DNA of 42,673 nucleotides from Candidatus Iainarchaeum sp. (GTDB lineage Archaea; Iainarchaeota; Iainarchaeia; Iainarchaeales; DTGL01): NCBI GenBank assembly GCA_038886995.1, contig JAWALG010000005.1, positions 1 to 42,673 of the forward strand, read 5' to 3'. Shown piece by piece: positions 36,055 to 42,673 of this stretch (position 1 is its first letter; each line of letters starts with the position of its first letter). The notes under the pieces were generated by a model. It saw only the letters and a program-made list of their open reading frames with translations, ran no database searches and was not told where the DNA came from. The position numbers and the translations under genes were made by a program.

Positions 36055-37002
36055 TACGAGTGTCCAAAAAGCGCAATTTGCAGCAACGCAAAGCCACATC
36101 ATTGCAACAAGCACTGGCTCTTTTTTAGGCCCAAACAAAAGAACTAGCAGCTTCGCAAAGTCAAGCTTCCTACTTTCAGGAACACTAAGTGTGCCGTCTT
36201 TGTTTATCTTATACGGCGGTTCCTTCTTTTGGCTTGGATCTTTAGGGTTTGTCACAATCTTTAAGGCAAAATCAATTATGTGTGGCAAAAAGAAAGCAAA
36301 GGTTACAACCATAAGCCAAAGTGATCTTTGCATTACGACAATGCCTGCTATCGAGGAGCCAATCAATAGCGTTCCAGAGTCGCCAGGGAAAACCTTTGCG
36401 GGATACTTATTAAGCATAAGGAATGCCAGTATTGAACAAACAATAGGCAAAAGCACTAAATGCACATATTCCTGGCCATTTGTGTGCCCATATGATAGCA
36501 CAATCGTAAAGAAAACTGCCAATATAAGCCCAGACCCGGCCTCAAGCCCATTAAGTCCTGCAAATGTGTTTTCAAAGCTCGCAACCCCTGCAAGGTAAAG
36601 TGCTGCTAGCACCACTAGCAAAAAGTCGCTACCAAAAAATATAAAGGAGAAAAGTAGCGAAAGGACCGCGATAACTGCAGCCCTAAAGCGCCAAGGTATT
36701 GCTTTTGCAGTAACCTTGTGCTTCATATCATCCAAATAACCCACTATTGAAAATCCACTCACCATTACTGCCCATGCTATGAAGTTAAAATCCATTTTTG
36801 CAAGAGATGCTACTATTGCAGTTATCCACACTGGCAGAAGCAATGCAATACCTGTGCTTTCAGGTAGCTCTGGCTTGCTTGCCTTATTTATATCTGTTCC
36901 TTTTATCCCCGCCTTCAAGTTGCGCTTTGCTATTGCCCTAACAAGGACTAAAGTAAGGGCAAAGCAAGATACACATAAAACTATTAGCTCAAGCAAGCAC
37001 AT
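36037..37002 (-). CDS. Glycosyl transferase family 4 (MraY/AglH-like UDP-GlcNAc:dolichyl-phosphate GlcNAc-1-P transferase)
   Basis: G.DINK...PE..G, GYLDD, NTFAGLNGLEAG and NKYPAKVFPGDSG motifs. Confidence 0.88.
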   Translation of the reverse strand: MCLLELIVLCVSCFALTLVLVRAIAKRNLKAGIKGTDINKASKPELPESTGIALLLPVWITAIVASLAKMDFNFIAWAVMVSGFSIVGYLDDMKHKVTAKAIPWRFRAAVIAVLSLLFSFIFFGSDFLLVVLAALYLAGVASFENTFAGLNGLEAGSGLILAVFFTIVLSYGHTNGQEYVHLVLLPIVCSILAFLMLNKYPAKVFPGDSGTLLIGSSIAGIVVMQRSLWLMVVTFAFFLPHIIDFALKIVTNPKDPSQKKEPPYKINKDGTLSVPESRKLDFAKLLVLLFGPKKEPVLVAMMWLCVAANCAFWTLVLFLPK

Positions 37003-37050
37003 ACCTTCATATTTTTTGAATGATAAACTTTAAATTGTAAACTAATGCCT

Positions 37051-38301
37051 TTATGCAACTTCTGTCTTCATAATCTCTCTCAGCACTACTGTTGCATAAC
37101 TGCCCTTTTCAAGCTCGAAATATACCTTGCAAAGGTTTCTGCCAGGGAAAAATTCATCTGCATTTATGCTTATGACCTTGGTTTTCTCAGGGAAAACGGC
37201 TATTTTTCTTCTTGCGCCAGCACTAGAGCACTCAGGCATCCTTTTTACCTTAAACATCGAAAAATCAACATCTTCTTCTGCAAGCACCTTGCGCTCGATC
37301 CTACCAATAATACCGGGAGTGAATGCTGAATCAAAGCCAGGCAATAACCCTAATGGTATGCCATTTTCAACTGGTTCACCTTCAACAGGTCTCAGGCCTA
37401 TACCAGAATCCAATCTTTCGTCAATTATTTTATTGAACAGATACGCTTGATATGCATGCGTAAAAAGGAAAACTATTTTTTTAGGTAGTGTCCTTAAAGC
37501 ACCGATATAATCTTCTCCATGCGCGATAAGATGGTGAAGCATTGCCCTTTCATATCTGTACTTCTTCGGAAACGCATTAAGTGCTCCTTTTAGATCATTT
37601 TTAGCTGCAAGTTTCCTAGCTTCTTTAACCTCTTCATTCTCATGCTCTGATTCCGAGCAGAGGTAAAGCACTACCGCATTCCTATAATTTCCTTTTATGA
37701 TCTCTTTGCCAACAAGATGGCTTACATTTCTTATCCCACCAAAGCGCTGTGCCCCAAAATAATTAGCAATACCTTTTCTCATCTCGCTAAAGCACGACTC
37801 AACATTTGCCATTATCTCTTCTTTGCTAAGTTCAATGTTCCTTATCGTTACTGTAAAAGCATTTCCAGAAAGCATGCCTAAATCAATCGGCTCTTCAGAC
37901 CATGCAGCGCTTTTAAGCAAAAGCGTATTTGTGCCAAAGCCCCTTAGAAGGGACAAATTTGGCTTAAATATGCTTATGCGTTGGCATGTTATTGCCCTTT
38001 TGTCTTTTATTCCAGCATATCCTATCCTCTTCGGGCTGCAGTGCAACGCCCTTGAGAGTTGCCTTATTGCATCATGCAAATCCCTGTTTTTCTTCTGTAG
38101 CTCGACCCAAAGATATTTTTTTTCAGTATCTGTTGGCAAGTGCATTAATGGTTTGCCAAAATCTTCTAGTATAACAGCACATTTGTAGCCATCATGCAGC
38201 TCCTCAACGATAAAATCAGCGTACCTGTGCTTTATCTTGCCGCCAATGCCTTTACTTTTCGTTGAGAAGCGCCAACATAATGTGTTTCCCATTTTATTCA
38301 T
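37051..38301 (-). CDS. truD: tRNA pseudouridine(13) synthase
   Basis: DFIVEE, YAGIKDKRAIT.Q, GNAF, NYFGAQRFG, AYQAYLFN and KGSYATVVLRE motifs. Confidence 0.95.
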   Translation of the reverse strand: MNKMGNTLCWRFSTKSKGIGGKIKHRYADFIVEELHDGYKCAVILEDFGKPLMHLPTDTEKKYLWVELQKKNRDLHDAIRQLSRALHCSPKRIGYAGIKDKRAITCQRISIFKPNLSLLRGFGTNTLLLKSAAWSEEPIDLGMLSGNAFTVTIRNIELSKEEIMANVESCFSEMRKGIANYFGAQRFGGIRNVSHLVGKEIIKGNYRNAVVLYLCSESEHENEEVKEARKLAAKNDLKGALNAFPKKYRYERAMLHHLIAHGEDYIGALRTLPKKIVFLFTHAYQAYLFNKIIDERLDSGIGLRPVEGEPVENGIPLGLLPGFDSAFTPGIIGRIERKVLAEEDVDFSMFKVKRMPECSSAGARRKIAVFPEKTKVISINADEFFPGRNLCKVYFELEKGSYATVVLREIMKTEVA

Positions 38302-38303
38302 CA

Positions 38304-39542
38304 CTATCTGTACCTCAATATTCCTCCAAGGCCACCAAAGGTTTTCCAGAATTGTTCCCCTTCGTCAGTTTCAGTGCTTATTATTATGGTTTTTGTGCCC
38401 ATCTTTTCAGCTTTTTTCATAAGGAGTTCAACATAATCATTTTCTTCCAGTATTTCCATCTCGTAGCCGCATTTTTCACATTTAAGGTCAGGGGACTCAG
38501 ATTCTTCTATCGTAATTGTCTTCTCAAAACCACAATGGGTGCATTGCAGCTTGTATGCAGTTTTATTTATTCTCTCGCTTATGAGTAGCTTTGCTACTTT
38601 GCCAGATTCAAGCGCCTCAAGCGTTTCCTTTTCGCCATACACGGCCAGCCCTGTTTTTATTATGTTTGTCATGAATTCGCTCACCGCTTCTTTCTCTTTC
38701 ACAACTGCGGCATTTTTGAGAAGCTCTTTGCCCCTTTCGATTGCCTCTTTTATTCCATACTCATCAGTGTAAGATGTGCTAACAGTCCCTATTATCTTGT
38801 TCTTTAACCTATAATCCAAAAAATCCTTTTCTAGGAAAGTTTCTTTCGTAAATCCAGGGCCGGCAACAATGATTCCATTAAGCTTCTCAGCATAAGGCAC
38901 CAAGGCGCCGTTTACAGCCTCGCTTACCTTCTTGTAAAAGTTATGCTCTGCCTCTTCACGCAGGTGCTCAAAACGCTTTGCTGATTGGCCACCTGCGCGC
39001 TGCTTACCCGCAACATTGCTATTGAAATGCCCTATTATCTCGTGGGCCTTGCCTTTAAGTATTGCAATTGTTGCCTCATTTTTGTCTATTGCAATTATTC
39101 CATATATCTCAGTTGGTAGCACCATCTGCTTTAATGGCTCTAAGTTGAATTCGGAATCGCACCAGTACATCTTTGTTTCAAGTTTTCTAATTGGCACTAC
39201 CGTAAATAACCTTATGTCTGATTTTCCTTCCTGCTTTGAAATGTTTCCGCAAAAAACCGCAAGCCCATTTTTTGGTATGTCAAAGTTAATCTGCTTTAGT
39301 AGGTTTATTATTCTTTTAAGCGCTCCTTGGACATTCTTTCTTGTGTTAGGGTCCTTTATGTTTGAGCTTTGGCTCTTCTCGTTTATGAGCTGTGACATTA
39401 TCGCACTTCTGTCAGCGCCATAAGGCACATACAGAGATATAAGCTCAGTGCCACTGCCCTTGAAAGAGCTCAGTTTCCTAAGCTTTTTGTTGAAAAGGTT
39501 TAGCTCACTATCACTAATCTCTTCTATGAAATCTTTTTTCAT
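38304..39542 (-). CDS. prf1: Peptide chain release factor aRF1
   Basis: GTELIS, NIKD, YWCDSEF, AGGQS and C-terminal Zn finger; ATG 39542 follows GTGA. Confidence 0.96.
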   Translation of the reverse strand: MKKDFIEEISDSELNLFNKKLRKLSSFKGSGTELISLYVPYGADRSAIMSQLINEKSQSSNIKDPNTRKNVQGALKRIINLLKQINFDIPKNGLAVFCGNISKQEGKSDIRLFTVVPIRKLETKMYWCDSEFNLEPLKQMVLPTEIYGIIAIDKNEATIAILKGKAHEIIGHFNSNVAGKQRAGGQSAKRFEHLREEAEHNFYKKVSEAVNGALVPYAEKLNGIIVAGPGFTKETFLEKDFLDYRLKNKIIGTVSTSYTDEYGIKEAIERGKELLKNAAVVKEKEAVSEFMTNIIKTGLAVYGEKETLEALESGKVAKLLISERINKTAYKLQCTHCGFEKTITIEESESPDLKCEKCGYEMEILEENDYVELLMKKAEKMGTKTIIISTETDEGEQFWKTFGGLGGILRYR

Positions 39543-39664
39543 AAAATCACGCAACGCTCAAAAGGCCAAATCAGCTAATAAGGCATAATTTCCGTAAAAT
39601 GCATATGCTTTAAATATAATAAAAACTACTATAAATAAGAATAAAAACCTTAAGAGGTGCCTGA

Positions 39665-40447
39665 ATGTTCGATGAAAACTTCTTTAAGATATTCAACGAA
39701 AGCCAGCCATCTGAACAGAAGCCAGAGGCAACAAATGATGTTGAAGAAATAGATTTTGAAAGAAAGCCATTTGTCCTATCCGTGGGTGGCTCACTCGTAG
39801 CCCAGGAAAAGCCGAATGCTGCTTTTATTGGCAAGTTTTCCGAAAAGATAAAAGAATTATGGGCTGAAGGTTACAGGTTTGCAATAGTTGTTGGGGGCGG
39901 CGCCATATGCAGAAATTACATTGCAGCAGCAAAGGCGTTAGGCGCAGAAAATTACTCCGCAGATGCGCTGGCAATAAGGGTTACACGTGTAAACGCAATG
40001 CTCCTGATACAAGGTCTTGAAAGGGCCTACCCCGATGTTCTAGAGAATATTTTTGATTCAAAGAAGGTTCTAAGCGCAGGCATGATTCCTGTTTACGGTG
40101 GTCTTTTGCCAGGAATAACAACAGACTGCGTAGCTGCTCTGCTTGCAGAATTTCTTGGCGCGACCTTCATTAATCTTACAAATGTTGATGGCGTTTACTC
40201 ATCAGACCCAAAAGAGAACCCAAGGGCAAAGTTCTACCCCGAAATTTCACATGAGCGTCTCATTTCCCTTATTTCAGTAGCAGAAAGCAAGCCGGGTCAA
40301 AACGTGGTTATGGATTTGCCATCTTGTCTTGTTCTTAAACGATCAAGAATACCTGCAATTATACTCAACGGAAACGACTTGGATAACTTTGCGTCAGCAA
40401 TCCGAGGAATGCCTTTTAAGGGCACGAAGGTTTGTGAAAACGCCTAA
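39665..40447 (+). CDS. pyrH: Uridylate kinase with an acidic N-terminal extension
   Basis: VLSVGGS, VVGGG...R.YI, PGITTD, TNVDGVY..DP and FKGT motifs. Confidence 0.93.
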   Translation: MFDENFFKIFNESQPSEQKPEATNDVEEIDFERKPFVLSVGGSLVAQEKPNAAFIGKFSEKIKELWAEGYRFAIVVGGGAICRNYIAAAKALGAENYSADALAIRVTRVNAMLLIQGLERAYPDVLENIFDSKKVLSAGMIPVYGGLLPGITTDCVAALLAEFLGATFINLTNVDGVYSSDPKENPRAKFYPEISHERLISLISVAESKPGQNVVMDLPSCLVLKRSRIPAIILNGNDLDNFASAIRGMPFKGTKVCENA

Positions 40448-41403
40448 GTTTTGCAAAAAGCAATTTTTAGCTCTTCAAATGTTATCGCAGGAATGTTCCA
40501 ATTTGAAAGGTCATCGCTTATGCGTGGGCAGGCAATTATTACATAGCAATCAAGCATGAAATCTGCAAGTGTGCTTTCAGATACTATGTCAGTTGCTATT
40601 AGCACTGCTTTTTTGCCATTTTTTTCAAGGAGCATCTTTGCTTCAAGCGCCTTTTTTTCGAAGAATTGCCCAGGCTTCGTGCTCATCACAATACCAAATG
40701 TTTCAGCATTATGCGCCTTTAATATCGCAAAATTTCTCCTTTTTGTGCGCTTGCCAATTTCCTCCTTTCCAACAAGTTTTATTTTCTTTGAAAGCGGATC
40801 TAAAACTATAACATCTTTGCCTGTATTTTTTGCAATTCCCAGGGCATGGAAGAGTCCATCGCCGACAAATAAGACCTGCTCTATTTTGCATTCTGCTGCT
40901 TTCGTCTCACAACCCAAAACCAGGCCTTTTTTAACACCAACCCCTTTTTGCAGCACTATGCTTATGCCTGCTTTTCTTGCTTCTTTCTTGAGCCAGTTTA
41001 GAAGGAACAAATACTGAACTGTTGCAGTTCCACAAACTTTTGAAATACATCTTGAGGATAAATAGTCAGAAAGAATTCTCAATAGCTCCTCCTTTTCAGA
41101 GTCTTCAAATTTGTATTCAAGAGGAATGTACTCGATATTCTTTACTGGAAGCATTTTTTCATGCCCTATGTGGATAACAAGATCAGGCTTTATTGAATTT
41201 ACCATGCCCAGTGGCAAATCGCATGCGCCAAAGCAAGAATCAGCAGACATTATGAAAGCACAGTTTAGCTTTTTTTCCAAGCTTTGTAAAATGGCTGGCA
41301 ACTTTCTTTTTATGCCTGAAGGTGCTTGGAAAAGCACTTTCTTCGCACGGTGCTTTTTGATAATATTTTCAATTTTTTTTGTATCTATGTAAAGCTCAGC
41401 CAT
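40444..41403 (-). CDS. dph2: Diphthamide biosynthesis enzyme Dph2
   Basis: Q.P.G, CFGACD, VLGC, GDG.FH, TKPGQ and ACPR motifs (three Fe-S Cys). Confidence 0.93.
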   Translation of the reverse strand: MAELYIDTKKIENIIKKHRAKKVLFQAPSGIKRKLPAILQSLEKKLNCAFIMSADSCFGACDLPLGMVNSIKPDLVIHIGHEKMLPVKNIEYIPLEYKFEDSEKEELLRILSDYLSSRCISKVCGTATVQYLFLLNWLKKEARKAGISIVLQKGVGVKKGLVLGCETKAAECKIEQVLFVGDGLFHALGIAKNTGKDVIVLDPLSKKIKLVGKEEIGKRTKRRNFAILKAHNAETFGIVMSTKPGQFFEKKALEAKMLLEKNGKKAVLIATDIVSESTLADFMLDCYVIIACPRISDDLSNWNIPAITFEELKIAFCKT

Positions 41404-41529
41404 GTGTTGTCCGCCTTTCCTTATAAAGATATCCCTTTAGTAAATATTTTGAATTTATGCTAAGTCTTAAAATATGTGAATCGTTAAAAAATAATAGCAA
41501 ACAGCTTAATTTTTAGGCAAGGTATTTTC

Positions 41530-42300
41530 ATGTCTTTTACAGGGAACAAAACAATGATTTCTATAGTTTTGCCCACTTACAATGAAGCCCAGAACATCTC
41601 AAAATTAATTCCCGAAATAGAGAAAATAATTTCAGAGAACAAGCTAAACGCAGAGATTTTAATAGTTGATGATAAAAGCCCAGATGGCACCGCTGAAGTG
41701 GCTAGGAAATTTTACAAAACCTATAAAAATATCCGGGTTGTTATAAGAGCAAAAAAGGAAGGAATTGGCGCAGCTTTAAAAGATGCCTATGACATTGCAA
41801 AAGGCGAAGTTATTTTGTCTATGGATGCTGACTTCCAGCTTAATCCAAAAGAGATACCTAAAATTCTAAAGTACTTTCCAGAATATGACTTTGTGATTGG
41901 TTCAAAATATCTCAAACCTGAAAAATACCGTAGGCAAAAAATATCTTCTTTGCTTAGGTACCTCATAAGTAGAAATGGCAACCTTTATCTTAGTATTATA
42001 AGTGGGGTGCCAATTAAGGATTTTTCACTTAACTTTAGGGCATTCAAAAAAGAAGTATGGCGCTCAATAAAAGCCAATGATAAAGAGAACTTTTTCTTGG
42101 TAGAGATGATTTTGCAGGCATATTGGAAAGGTTTTAAAATAAAGGAAGTTGCCGTTGCATTTGAGGAGAGGCACCACGGATTTTCAAAAACAAGGGTTGC
42201 AAACCAGATTTTTGTTTTTCTATTCAAAGGTGCCTGGATTGTTATAAAGCACAAAATTTGTTCCAGAACTAAAAATAAAAAAGCTATTTTTCGCTCTTAA
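41530..42300 (+). CDS. GT2 glycosyltransferase (dolichol-phosphate mannosyltransferase-like)
   Basis: SIVLPTYNE, VDDKSPDGT, MDAD, GSKY and F.ER..G.SK motifs; alternative start 41554. Confidence 0.9.
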   Translation: MSFTGNKTMISIVLPTYNEAQNISKLIPEIEKIISENKLNAEILIVDDKSPDGTAEVARKFYKTYKNIRVVIRAKKEGIGAALKDAYDIAKGEVILSMDADFQLNPKEIPKILKYFPEYDFVIGSKYLKPEKYRRQKISSLLRYLISRNGNLYLSIISGVPIKDFSLNFRAFKKEVWRSIKANDKENFFLVEMILQAYWKGFKIKEVAVAFEERHHGFSKTRVANQIFVFLFKGAWIVIKHKICSRTKNKKAIFRS

Positions 42301-42673
42301 GCAATTCGCTTATGTGCTTTGTGCTTTCAATTAGGAGCTTTTTTTCTTCGCTTATAACTACAGCCCTTATCTTCTCAACACTATCAATGTTTGCTGATAC
42401 CGAGTCAATACCATACCTTATTAGTATTTTTACCATCTCTGGGTTACTTGCAGCCTGGCCGCATATTGATGTAGTTACTCCAGCCCTTTTACATGCGTCA
42501 ATTACCATTTTAATCAGCTTAAGTACGCTGGGGTGCATTTCATTGAAATATTTCTGTATGCGCTCGTTGTTCCTGTCAAGGCCCAAGGTTAGCTGTGTTA
42601 AGTCATTAGTCCCAAATGATATAAAATCAATGCCCTCCGCAAGTATGTCATCTATGGTAAGAGCTGCTGAAGG
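42284..42673 (-). CDS. ppsA: Phosphoenolpyruvate synthase, C-terminal part (runs off the window's right edge)
   Basis: PSAAL..., GIDFISFGTNDLTQLTLGLDRNN, SICGQA and GIDSVS motifs. Confidence 0.93.
   Translation of the reverse strand, partial: PSAALTIDDILAEGIDFISFGTNDLTQLTLGLDRNNERIQKYFNEMHPSVLKLIKMVIDACKRAGVTTSICGQAASNPEMVKILIRYGIDSVSANIDSVEKIRAVVISEEKKLLIESTKHISELLKSEK

Noticed and set aside
38304-39542. Alternative genetic code suggested by the aRF1 NIKD variant
   Set aside because: TAA, TAG and TGA all end conserved genes at expected positions, and no in-frame stops interrupt conserved ORFs.
480-42254. Numerous 60-150 aa antisense or alternate-frame ORFs in the supplied track (e.g. 40556-41017, 36191-36598, 39016-39423, 10407-10784)
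   Set aside because: They overlap well-supported genes and show no recognisable motifs; they are typical shadow ORFs.
1-42673. tRNA, rRNA, transposases, integrases, inteins or defence systems
   Set aside because: Intergenic gaps are short and AT-rich with no cloverleaf or rRNA signatures, no ORF has recombinase, transposase or intein motifs, and gene lengths are normal.

Overview
This is a densely packed, moderately AT-rich archaeal chromosome segment with about 43 genes. It most likely comes from a DPANN 'cluster 1' organism (Iainarchaeota/Diapherotrites- or Micrarchaeota-like). That placement is inferred from gene content, such as unfused PriL and PriS and Cys-rich surface proteins, not from a search. 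The core is an information-processing cluster: csl4-rpoL-DUF99-signal peptidase-(34-aa repeat protein)-RPA14-PCNA1-[EamA]-PCNA2-priL-priS-GINS15-S27e-aIF2alpha-PAC2. Other translation and RNA-modification genes are dph5, dph2, trm5, truD, nob1 and aRF1. Metabolic genes are porG, acyP, pyrH and ppsA. There is an S-layer gene with promoter, 5'-UTR hairpin and terminator next to glycosylation genes, plus three large Cys-rich exported proteins. I saw no rRNA, tRNA, CRISPR array, transposase or integrase. The most notable observations are: (1) an mTERF-/TALE-like protein with four exactly 34-aa repeats inside the replication cluster; (2) an S-layer gene whose central ~1.9 kb lies between 13-bp direct repeats and has different Thr codon usage, a possible swappable cassette; (3) a secreted protein with a 146-aa Tyr/Ser/Thr/Asn prion-like tail; (4) two divergent PCNA paralogues; (5) a PriS with ExD in place of DxD; (6) two candidate ATA start codons. 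All functional calls come from motif recognition by eye.
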